From IMG/VR virus record IMGVR_UViG_3300022555_000014: 20,000 nt of DNA. One strand, given 5' to 3'. This DNA comes from an uncultured virus (IMG/VR IMGVR_UViG_3300022555_000014). Its lineage: Duplodnaviria; Heunggongvirae; Uroviricota; Caudoviricetes. Numbering within the stretch: the stretch's first letter is position 1; each line of letters begins with the position of its first letter. The position numbers and the translations under genes are program-made. Below the pieces are notes generated by a model. That model searched no databases. It worked only from the letters and a program-made list of their open reading frames with translations, and was not told where the DNA came from. This document shows positions 1 to 6,968 of this stretch, in pieces.

Positions 1-1
1 T

Positions 2-706
2 ACTCCTCCGCCTCCTCCGCCTGTACCTAAGCTTACCGCTAATAGCGCCGCCGCTATCACTGTTCACGGCGGTCAAGCCTTCCATGTTGGCACATCGGTT
101 ACCTATGACAGTAACGCCACTCATTTCCAGGTAACCGATATCAATCAAACCAGTCACCCAACAAGTCAAGGGCTTCAGGACTACATCCCCAATAGTTCTG
201 TCACTTACCCTTCTCTGGACCTTGCTCAGTTTAAGGCCCTAACTTACAACAATTGGAGTTCGGCCGGTACAGATACTCTTATTATTCGTGCGTCATCTGA
301 CAACGTTAATTGGAGTGCTCCTGTTGAAGAGACAGTTAACACTGTCGCAGCAACGATTACTGCTAACAATAACCAACTAACTGTTGGTAGTAAGGTTTTG
401 TTGTCTTCGTTGTTCACTGTTCATGACAGCGTACCTGTTCAGAAGATTCACTTCACTCTTCCTACCGTTGGCAGCATTGCAGTGAACGGTGTAGCTCTTG
501 ATCATATCAACGATCCTGGTGATGCCTACATCGCTCTAAACGGTCAAATGCCGACTATTACCTACACCGCTAGCCTATCAGCCACGTCAAGCAACGGTGG
601 TTTGAACACGACTAGCATCAATGTTGATGTCTACGATGGTGTTCAGTCTAATTCGTACTACATTCCGATCTCTATTTTAGGGCACATTCCTACCGCTCAC
701 GTTTAG
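2..706 (+). CDS. 3' part of a beta-rich surface/adhesin-like or virion-associated protein (starts left of the window)
   Basis: Frame of ORF 398..706 is open back to position 2 (TPPPPPPVPKLTANS...GTDTLIIRASSDNVNWSAPV...LLSSLFTVHDS...); Thr/Ser/Asn-rich with a poly-Pro linker; followed by a terminator. Confidence 0.7.
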   Translation, partial: TPPPPPPVPKLTANSAAAITVHGGQAFHVGTSVTYDSNATHFQVTDINQTSHPTSQGLQDYIPNSSVTYPSLDLAQFKALTYNNWSSAGTDTLIIRASSDNVNWSAPVEETVNTVAATITANNNQLTVGSKVLLSSLFTVHDSVPVQKIHFTLPTVGSIAVNGVALDHINDPGDAYIALNGQMPTITYTASLSATSSNGGLNTTSINVDVYDGVQSNSYYIPISILGHIPTAHV

Positions 707-712
707 ATGATC

Positions 713-877
713 AAAACCCTCCTAGGTGGGCAAATCCACCTAGGAGGGTTTTTTGATTCTACCAACTCTCACCAACCCTTTCCCGCGTGACCGACTCAGG
801 ATCGACTCGTCACCCACTAGGGCATTAGTGAGAGTTTAGCGGTTAGGAAGTGGAGGGTACGAACTCTCACTAATGCC
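713..877. repeat. Intergenic structured repeat, copy 1
   Basis: Hairpin AAAACCCTCCTAGGTGG-gcaaat-CCACCTAGGAGGGTTTT, then core AACTCTCACCAACCC..GTGACCGACTCAGGATCGACTCGTCAC..TTAGTGAGAGTT, then AACTCTCACTAATGCC. Confidence 0.95.
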
Positions 878-975
878 TGAGTTTGGTTGTGAGACTACGC
901 GAGATACGGTGTGCGGTTAAAAAATCCTTGGTTTTTCAAGCGTTATAAAGTTTTTGGCTGTAAGTCAAAAAGTAG

Positions 976-1004
976 TTGCTTTTTGAAAATAAGTGGGATA
1001 AACT
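976..1004 (+). promoter_or_regulatory. sigma70-type promoter
   Basis: TTGCTT-17 bp-TAAACT upstream of ATG 1052. Confidence 0.6.
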
Positions 1005-1051
1005 GAGTAGGCAGGGAAATCCTGGCAAACACACATAGAAGGAAAACGATC

Positions 1052-1477
1052 ATGGCTGCACAAGCTAAAGTGACCCCCGTCCAGACCTTGGAACAGACTG
1101 TAGCCTCTTACCTGGGAAAGAGTGTAGTACTCTCTGACGGTAAGGTTGGCGTCATAAAGTCTTATGATGACGTTCGTGGACTTCTTTCGGTAGTGCTGGG
1201 CGCCTACCGTCCGAGGCTCATTCCTTTGACTTCTTTGACCCGTGTCAAGGATGAAATTACTGAAGTCGCTTCCAAGAAAGTGATGGACATTGATCCGCCG
1301 ACCAAGTCCAAAAAGTCTATCAAGGTAAGTGAACAGGCTAACTCGGCAATTTCAGCCGAAGCTCTTGTACGCGTGTTCAGTGAGTATTCAGCGGCAGTGG
1401 AACTCGCCAAGTCTACCGCCCAAGCCAAACTCGCCCAACTCGGTATCACTACTCCAATTGACTGGAGCAACGTTTAA
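1052..1477 (+). CDS. Hypothetical protein with N-terminal SH3/KOW-like domain; paralog of 8843..9253
   Basis: SD GAAGGA; YLGKSVVLSDGKVGVIKSYDDVRGLLSVVLGAYRPRLIPL aligns with YLGNHIKMADGTLGTLKTFYPDRGVVSVVTGPHRPKLIPI. Confidence 0.85.
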   Translation: MAAQAKVTPVQTLEQTVASYLGKSVVLSDGKVGVIKSYDDVRGLLSVVLGAYRPRLIPLTSLTRVKDEITEVASKKVMDIDPPTKSKKSIKVSEQANSAISAEALVRVFSEYSAAVELAKSTAQAKLAQLGITTPIDWSNV

Positions 1478-1637
1478 CTCTCACTAACCCCTAGGTGGAC
1501 AATCCACCTAGGGGTTTTCTCGATTCCAACTCTCACCAACCCCTTCCCGCGTGACCGACTCAGGATCGACTCGTCACCCACTAGGGCATTAGTGAGAGTT
1601 TAGCGGTTAGGATGTGAGGGTACGAACTCTCACCAAC
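1476..1637. repeat. Intergenic structured repeat, copy 2
   Basis: Same terminator and core as copy 1; extra AACTCTCAC overlaps the stop codon. Confidence 0.95.
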
Positions 1638-1681
1638 GTCGGTTTTCAGGATGGGGTGCCTTCCCAACTACCTTTGGTGTG

Positions 1682-1824
1682 CGTGTCCTACGAATCTTTT
1701 TGGTTGTCGGTGCATTTTCCTGTTGACTCTGAGAAACAGGGGTGCTATTCTAAAATGGCGGAAGGGGTTGATCTTCTCCCCATCCAAACCAAACACACAT
1801 AGAAGGAAAACGATCATGGCTGCT
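1682..1824 (+). promoter_or_regulatory. Shared promoter-leader block A (sigma70 promoter, leader, SD, ATGGCTGCT)
   Basis: TTGACT(1723)-17 bp-TATTCT(1746) with extended TG; 143 bp identical to 3356-3498. Confidence 0.9.
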
Positions 1825-2190
1825 CCCAAGACTGGCAAGTCCGCTTCTAAGGCTCCCGCCGCTACTGCCGCCGAAGCTCCTAAGAAGAGCGGTGGTACGC
1901 TCACCCTCACCTGCGACTCAACTCGCAAGCAAGCTGTTGGGCTGAACATGACGGTGTATCCAGCCATCAACTCCAAAGGTGATGATCGCTTGGTTATCGT
2001 GATTGACCCAAGCAAAATCGGTAAGGAGTCCAGCACTGGTAAGAGTTTGCAAGTTGCTAACACGGGTGGGTGGACGATTTTGGAACAGTTTGAACGCTTC
2101 AAGATCACCGGCTCTCTCATTCAGGTCAAAGAAAAGGCTTCCAAAAAGGAAGTGGTTGCTGATGACGATGATGATGACTCAGACGACTAA
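1816..2190 (+). CDS. Hypothetical protein (124 aa) with Lys/Ala-rich N-terminus and acidic tail
   Basis: Start reassigned from 1651 to the SD-preceded ATG 1816 (MAAPKTGK...DDDDDDSDD). Confidence 0.85.
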   Translation: MAAPKTGKSASKAPAATAAEAPKKSGGTLTLTCDSTRKQAVGLNMTVYPAINSKGDDRLVIVIDPSKIGKESSTGKSLQVANTGGWTILEQFERFKITGSLIQVKEKASKKEVVADDDDDDSDD

Positions 2191-2201
2191 TCTGAAATAA
2201 C

Positions 2202-2358
2202 AAAACCCCTAGGTGGACGGTCCACCTAGGGGTTTTCTGATTCGACCAACTCTCACCAACCCCCTTCCCACGTGACCGACTCAGGCTCGACTCGTCACCT
2301 ACTAGGCCATTAGTGAGAGTTGAGCGGTTAGGAGGTGATGGTACGAACTCTCACCAAC
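2202..2358. repeat. Intergenic structured repeat, copy 3
   Basis: Terminator loop CGG; core has a few substitutions. Confidence 0.95.
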
Positions 2359-2408
2359 GTCGGTTTTCAGGATGGTTATCTTGGTGTCAGGATGGGTATC
2401 TTGGTGTA

Positions 2409-2567
2409 CGTGTCCTACGAATCTTTTTGGTTGTCGGTGCATTTTCCTGTTGACTCTGAGAAACAGGGGTGCTATTCTAAAATGGCGGAAGGGGTTGATC
2501 TTCCAAACCAAACACACGTTGATCTTCCAAACCAAACACACATAGAAGGAAAACGATCATGGCTGCT
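2409..2567 (+). promoter_or_regulatory. Shared promoter-leader block B
   Basis: TTGACT(2450)-17 bp-TATTCT(2473); same as block A except a short deletion and a 24-bp tandem duplication (2494-2541). Confidence 0.9.
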
Positions 2568-3167
2568 TTTTCAGAAACAGAAGTCACCACTTTCCTGAAA
2601 ACTCAAGGTGTAATTGGCATGTGTTTGCCTGTTACAGTTTGCTCTACAAGGACGAGTTCAAACTCCACTATAACATATTTGAGTAATGTACTTAATGGAG
2701 CGGAAGTACAGGTACAGTTAGGGACTGGTACTAAAGCTGTAAGTGCTAGCAGACTCTTTGGTTCAGAGTGTGAAGGTTTTGACGGCTTAAAGAGTTTGGA
2801 TGTATACCGTAGCGTTTTAGACCAGTCTTTACTGATAGGTAAAATTTTCAGTTCTATAACTCAGACAAGTTGGACTTTATATTCACTCATGAGGATGCTT
2901 AAGGACCACCCTCTTAACGAAGGCAGGTTCCTTGTACTTAAAGCAACTCTCTCTAAAGTTGACAGAAAGTTTGCTTACTACGACGAAGACTATGACCTGA
3001 CTTCAACGTATGGCCTAACTATTACTGGTGGTTACCTAGTAGAAACTCCTATAAAGGAGTTTTTAACACAAGGTACTTATACTAGGACCTTTGAAAACGT
3101 GGAAATTTTCACGAATAGGGAAAAATTCGAGGCTAAGCTAGCCTTAGAATCAGAGGATAGTGACTGA
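2559..3167 (+). CDS. Hypothetical protein (202 aa); close paralog of 3490..4089
   Basis: SD plus ATG; long blocks identical to the paralog, e.g. SETEVTTFLKTQGVIGMCLPV and LTITGGYLVETPIKEFLTQGTYTRTFE. Confidence 0.85.
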   Translation: MAAFSETEVTTFLKTQGVIGMCLPVTVCSTRTSSNSTITYLSNVLNGAEVQVQLGTGTKAVSASRLFGSECEGFDGLKSLDVYRSVLDQSLLIGKIFSSITQTSWTLYSLMRMLKDHPLNEGRFLVLKATLSKVDRKFAYYDEDYDLTSTYGLTITGGYLVETPIKEFLTQGTYTRTFENVEIFTNREKFEAKLALESEDSD

Positions 3168-3178
3168 TCTGAAATAAC

Positions 3179-3297
3179 AAAACCCCTAGGTGGACTGTCC
3201 ACCTAGGGGTTTTTTGATTCGACCAACTCTCACCAACCCCTTCCCGCGTGACCGACTCAGGATCGACTCGTCACCCACTAGGGCCTTAGTGAGAGTT
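3179..3297. repeat. Intergenic structured repeat, copy 4 (distal part deleted)
   Basis: Terminator loop CTG plus core; the segment between two CGGTT pentamers present in copies 2 and 3 is missing. Confidence 0.95.
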
Positions 3298-3355
3298 GAG
3301 CGGTTTTCAGGATGAAAGTACACTATCAACTGCCTTCCCAACTGCCTTTGGTGTA

Positions 3356-3498
3356 CGTGTCCTACGAATCTTTTTGGTTGTCGGTGCATTTTCCTGTTGA
3401 CTCTGAGAAACAGGGGTGCTATTCTAAAATGGCGGAAGGGGTTGATCTTCTCCCCATCCAAACCAAACACACATAGAAGGAAAACGATCATGGCTGCT
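3356..3498 (+). promoter_or_regulatory. Shared promoter-leader block C
   Basis: TTGACT(3397)-17 bp-TATTCT(3420); identical to 1682-1824. Confidence 0.9.
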
Positions 3499-4089
3499 TT
3501 TTCAGAAGCTCCTCTTTCAGAAACAGAAGTCACCACTTTCCTGAAAACCCAAGGTGTAATTGGCATGTGTTTGCCTGTTAAAGTTTGCTCTACAAAGACG
3601 AGTTCGCCGAACTCCACTGTAGGGTATTTGGGTTATCTACTTAATGGAGCAGCGGAAGTACAGGTACAGTTAGGTACTGGTACTGAATATGTGAGTAAAG
3701 AAAGACTCTTTGGTTCAGAGTTAGAGGATGAAGGTGAGGATGAAGGTTTTGGTGACTTAAATAGTTTGGATGTGTACCGTAGCCTTTTAGACCAGTCTTT
3801 ACTGATAGGTAAAATTTTCAGTACTCTAACTCGGGCAAGTTGGGCTTTATACTCATTCATGGTGATGCTTAAGGACCGCCCTCTTAACGAAGGCAAGTTC
3901 CTTGTACTTAAAGCAACTTTCTCTAGAGTTAAAAGAAAGTTTTACTACAACGAAGGCTATGATCTGATCTCAAAGTACGACCTAACTATTACTGGTGGTT
4001 ACCTAGTAGAAACTCCTATAAAGGAGTTTTTAACACAAGGTACTTACACTAGGACCTTTGAATCCCTGGAAATGGACATGAGAGAATAG
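3490..4089 (+). CDS. Hypothetical protein (199 aa); close paralog of 2559..3167
   Basis: Start reassigned to the SD-preceded ATG 3490. Confidence 0.85.
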   Translation: MAAFSEAPLSETEVTTFLKTQGVIGMCLPVKVCSTKTSSPNSTVGYLGYLLNGAAEVQVQLGTGTEYVSKERLFGSELEDEGEDEGFGDLNSLDVYRSLLDQSLLIGKIFSTLTRASWALYSFMVMLKDRPLNEGKFLVLKATFSRVKRKFYYNEGYDLISKYDLTITGGYLVETPIKEFLTQGTYTRTFESLEMDMRE

Positions 4090-4107
4090 CGACTAATCTG
4101 AAATAAC

Positions 4108-4263
4108 AAAACCCCTAGGTGGACAATCCACCTAGGGGTTTTTTGATTCTACCAACTCTCACCAACCCTTTCCCGCGTGACCGACTCAGGATCGACTCGT
4201 CACCCACTAGGGCCTTAGTGAGAGTTTAGCGGTTAGGCTGTGAGGGTACGAACTCTCACCAAC
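4108..4263. repeat. Intergenic structured repeat, copy 5
   Basis: Terminator loop CAA, core, and third AACTCTCAC motif. Confidence 0.95.
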
Positions 4264-4292
4264 GTCGGTTTCGGTAAGGTACGATAATCAAA

Positions 4293-4308
4293 CGTTCCAC
4301 GTGAAACA
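4293..4308. promoter_or_regulatory. parS: Chromosomal-type parS site
   Basis: CGTTCCACGTGAAACA differs from consensus TGTTNCACGTGAAACA only at the first base; intergenic. Confidence 0.75.
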
Positions 4309-4369
4309 CTTGCTTTTGTTGGGGTTTAGCAGGAATTCAGCGGTGTTTCAAAAATTTTCCAAAAACCTC

Positions 4370-4398
4370 TTGACTCCTGGCAACGCCTATTGTATCAT
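4370..4398 (+). promoter_or_regulatory. sigma70-type promoter
   Basis: TTGACT-17 bp-TATCAT with A/T-rich upstream tract. Confidence 0.8.
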
Positions 4399-4464
4399 TG
4401 GGTACAGGCTACTGGTGGATAGCAGCCGGTCCCTTCAACTCCCCAATTAAACAGGAGCGACATT

Positions 4465-4845
4465 ATGCGAAACGAACTCACCCTTCCTACCGGAGAAACA
4501 GCCATCATCGTGGGTGGTGACGCTGATCGGGTTTACCTTAGAGTACCTGGGAAGACTCGTGGTACACCACGTGCTGTTAACAAGACGGAGTTGGTTGCTA
4601 GGATTAACGTTCTCGGTCAGCCTATCCGTCTGTCTAGCGGCGACGTAGGCGAGATTGTTGGGATTGACGCCAACCGGTTGCTTGTCCGTGTCCATGGGAA
4701 GACTCGTGGTACACCGAGAGTTGTTAACGTGGAAAAGGTGCGTGTACGCTTTTCCAAAAAGAACTGGAGCTTGAAACAGTACACTAGGAAGGCAGCGAAC
4801 ACTTTTACTTTCACCCCGTTCCTCATGCAATCGTTGTCTGCTTAA
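4465..4845 (+). CDS. Hypothetical protein with two tandem SH3/KOW-like repeats
   Basis: SD AGGAG; GKTRGTPR occurs twice within repeated ~45 aa units. Confidence 0.85.
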   Translation: MRNELTLPTGETAIIVGGDADRVYLRVPGKTRGTPRAVNKTELVARINVLGQPIRLSSGDVGEIVGIDANRLLVRVHGKTRGTPRVVNVEKVRVRFSKKNWSLKQYTRKAANTFTFTPFLMQSLSA

Positions 4846-4852
4846 CAACAAA

Positions 4853-4888
4853 AGTGTTGGTGTAGTAAACGTTTACTACACCAACACT
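4853..4888. repeat. Perfect 36-bp palindrome
   Basis: AGTGTTGGTGTAGTAAAC|GTTTACTACACCAACACT. Confidence 0.9.
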
Positions 4889-4905
4889 AACCTAGGAGAA
4901 CGGTC

Positions 4906-5142
4906 ATGGCTTCAGTATCCAAGGACTACATTTTGTATTCCAAACTCTCTCTGGCTATGAGGGATTTGTTCAGCCAAGGGTTTGAGATCAACTCCGGAGG
5001 AAGAGTTGACATGTGGGTGCAGAAATGTGGTAAGGGTTACGACATAACTGCCAGAATAGAACCTTGTGAGCATGATATCAGCAAGGGTGCAGTTAGAGTT
5101 TCTATCCTGGTAAACAACCCTGTAGAGCAACGGGTTAGCTGA
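4906..5142 (+). CDS. Hypothetical protein (78 aa)
   Basis: SD AGGAG; operon context. Confidence 0.75.
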   Translation: MASVSKDYILYSKLSLAMRDLFSQGFEINSGGRVDMWVQKCGKGYDITARIEPCEHDISKGAVRVSILVNNPVEQRVS

Positions 5143-5154
5143 GGAGTTGGTATC

Positions 5155-5538
5155 ATGGCTACGATGACTATGCTGGCAGAGTCTAATGTTATCACCTCTT
5201 TTGATAACCGCCGTCTAGACCGACTTATTAACGAGAAAGGCGCGTCAAACAAACTAACAGATGTTGACTATGTTCTATGCCGACTCTACTTGCAGGGGTT
5301 TCCTGTGAGGGAAATCCTGGATAATCTCTATCCAGGAGATGACGATGGCTCGGACGACGACGATGCTGATGACGACTCGGAAGAGGAAGACTTTACCGTT
5401 CGGCATTTGGCATCGGCTCTCAAAGAGTTGCCTGTAAACGTCAAGCACGCCGTTGCCCATCTAATCTTTCTGGTGGAAAATGACGGTGAATTGGAAGAGG
5501 ATGACGATCCTGAAGAAGACCGAGACGTTGACGACTGA
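5155..5538 (+). CDS. Highly acidic hypothetical protein
   Basis: SD GAGGAG; two Asp/Glu tracts. Confidence 0.85.
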   Translation: MATMTMLAESNVITSFDNRRLDRLINEKGASNKLTDVDYVLCRLYLQGFPVREILDNLYPGDDDGSDDDDADDDSEEEDFTVRHLASALKELPVNVKHAVAHLIFLVENDGELEEDDDPEEDRDVDD

Positions 5539-5662
5539 ACTCTCATTAACCCCTAGGTGGACAATCCACCTAGGGGTTTTCTCGATTCCAACTCTCACCA
5601 ACCCTTTCCCGCGTGACCGACTCAGGATCGACTCGTCACCCACTAGGGCCTTAGTGAGAGTT
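5538..5662. repeat. Intergenic structured repeat, copy 6
   Basis: 5' flank like copy 2; homology stops right after GTGAGAGTT. Confidence 0.95.
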
Positions 5663-5725
5663 GGTTCTCCGGAGGACTACACGACTCATTGGTTTTGTTA
5701 AGGTTTTGACTGGTAAAATTTATTC

Positions 5726-5755
5726 TTGACAGCCAGAAACGATGTGTGGTAAGGT
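5726..5755 (+). promoter_or_regulatory. sigma70-type promoter
   Basis: TTGACA-18 bp-TAAGGT with extended TG. Confidence 0.6.
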
Positions 5756-5804
5756 TGGACTACCAGATTTCCCTGGTCTACCCAATCGGAATAGGTGTGC
5801 CATC

Positions 5805-6071
5805 ATGAAAACCATCCTTGACGAACTCAACAACGGCTACGCTATTGCCAAGGACGTTATTGCCGTGGTGATTAACAAGCGGGGACGCAGGATTAGTCAA
5901 GAGGTAGTTCAGTACCAATTACTAAACAAGGATAACACGGTGATCAACTCTTACCCGTCCTATCAAGACGCGCTGGAAAAAGGTATGGGTTTCGTGTATG
6001 ACCGGCTGCCCCGAGGTGGTCAGGCGTTCATGCCAAGGAAACATGCCGCTGCCGAACACTTGTTTGCCTAG
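5805..6071 (+). CDS. Hypothetical protein (88 aa); probable distant paralog of 7806..8042
   Basis: Start reassigned to ATG 5805 (MKTILDEL); YQLLNKDNTVINSY resembles YELVNSENVVLRTY. Confidence 0.75.
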   Translation: MKTILDELNNGYAIAKDVIAVVINKRGRRISQEVVQYQLLNKDNTVINSYPSYQDALEKGMGFVYDRLPRGGQAFMPRKHAAAEHLFA

Positions 6072-6098
6072 CAGGCTTAGTTAGGCTAATGGCTTAAT

Positions 6099-6134
6099 TA
6101 GGAGTCGAGGGTGAAACAAACCCTCGACTCCCTA
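6099..6134 (+). terminator. Stem-loop, probable terminator
   Basis: GGAGTCGAGGG/CCCTCGACTCC stem after the stop codon. Confidence 0.6.
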
Positions 6135-6173
6135 TTTAGCCCGTTATGATCCTTATAGCCAAGGAGTTGACTC

Positions 6174-6408
6174 ATGATAAATCTTACAAAGTTCCACTCT
6201 AAACTCGCTAGCGTCGTTGTTAGTAACACGCTAACAGGTGTCTTCTCTGTTGTAGGTGGTTTACCTTGTAGTTTCTGATTTAACCGCTAATCAGTGGTTG
6301 ATTGGAAGTGCGGTGGTAGTCATGACTGTTCTGGCGGCAGAGGTTATGTTCTATCATGTACGTCATTGGCTTCGGTGCAAGCGACTCGAGCGTCAACTGT
6401 ACGGATGA
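6174..6408 (+). pseudogene. Frameshifted small membrane protein (or assembly indel)
   Basis: SD plus ATG 6174 frame stops at 6278; +1 frame from 6256 reads VVYLVVSDLTANQWLIGSAVVVMTVLAAEVMFYHVRHWLRCKRLERQLYG* and is followed by a hairpin. Confidence 0.55.
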
Positions 6409-6414
6409 TACGTC

Positions 6415-6443
6415 AGGGTGTGGTGGACAGTCCACCACACCCT
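6415..6443. terminator. Stem-loop with the same GGTGGA-NNN-TCCACC apex as the repeat terminators
   Basis: AGGGTGTGGTGGA-cag-TCCACCACACCCT; no U-tract. Confidence 0.55.
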
Positions 6444-6463
6444 CTAACCAAGGAGTTGGAACT

Positions 6464-6952
6464 ATGCCTTTACCAAAAATAGCGGAACTTAATCCTTCTT
6501 TACCTCAAGTTTATGTAATAACCGATAACTTTGGAGGCGAATATCCAGCTATCTTGGGAGTGTACTCTAGCTCAGAAGAAGCTCGAGCGATATGTGACGA
6601 GTATAACAGAGGGGCTAAACTACAGAACGAATATAATGATCTCTCTTATAGGTACATCAAGAAGTTGAATGAACCAAAGAAACCACCAAGACCTACTTTA
6701 TCTAAGACCTTGCCTGTTGAAAAGGACAAATCCTTACTATCAAAGGAAAAGCAAGCTTGGGAAGACGCTTACAAGCAAGTGTTAGCAGGCTATGAGTCTG
6801 ATAAGGATAAGCTGTATAAAAAGGCTGAACGTGTTCTTATTAAGAAGTACAAACTAACCCCAGAGGAAAAGAAGAAATTTTTGGATGGGGGGTACGAATG
6901 CACCTACGGTTACCTTAACTTTCACAAAGTAAACTTTATCGGAAAACTCTAA
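6464..6952 (+). CDS. Hypothetical protein (162 aa)
   Basis: Start reassigned to SD-preceded ATG 6464; VYVITD..ILGVYSSSEEARA motif typical of small phage proteins; Lys-rich helical C-terminus. Confidence 0.8.
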   Translation: MPLPKIAELNPSLPQVYVITDNFGGEYPAILGVYSSSEEARAICDEYNRGAKLQNEYNDLSYRYIKKLNEPKKPPRPTLSKTLPVEKDKSLLSKEKQAWEDAYKQVLAGYESDKDKLYKKAERVLIKKYKLTPEEKKKFLDGGYECTYGYLNFHKVNFIGKL

Positions 6953-6968
6953 CCAGGGAGTTGGAACC

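Noticed and set aside
775..820. Hammerhead ribozyme on the minus strand (GTGACGAG...GAAA)
   Set aside because: The CUGANGA core is mismatched and GAAA does not directly follow stem II
764..840. Integron attC sites (AAC...GTT-bounded ~73-bp hairpin; GTTGAGC or GTTAGGC in some copies)
   Set aside because: No consistent RYYYAAC box, pairing next to AAC/GTT is continuous rather than having an unpaired spacer, homology extends well beyond the site, cassettes have their own promoters, and no integrase is seen; an IntegronFinder run would settle it
1614..3617. ORFs and N-terminal extensions running through the repeats (1614, 1651, 2302, 2335, 3186, 3397)
   Set aside because: They overlap promoters and terminators and lack SD sites; their mutual similarity only reflects the repeated non-coding DNA
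713..5662. CRISPR array
   Set aside because: Repeats are >100 bp and the intervening sequences are 0.55-1.3 kb with whole genes and promoters; no cas genes
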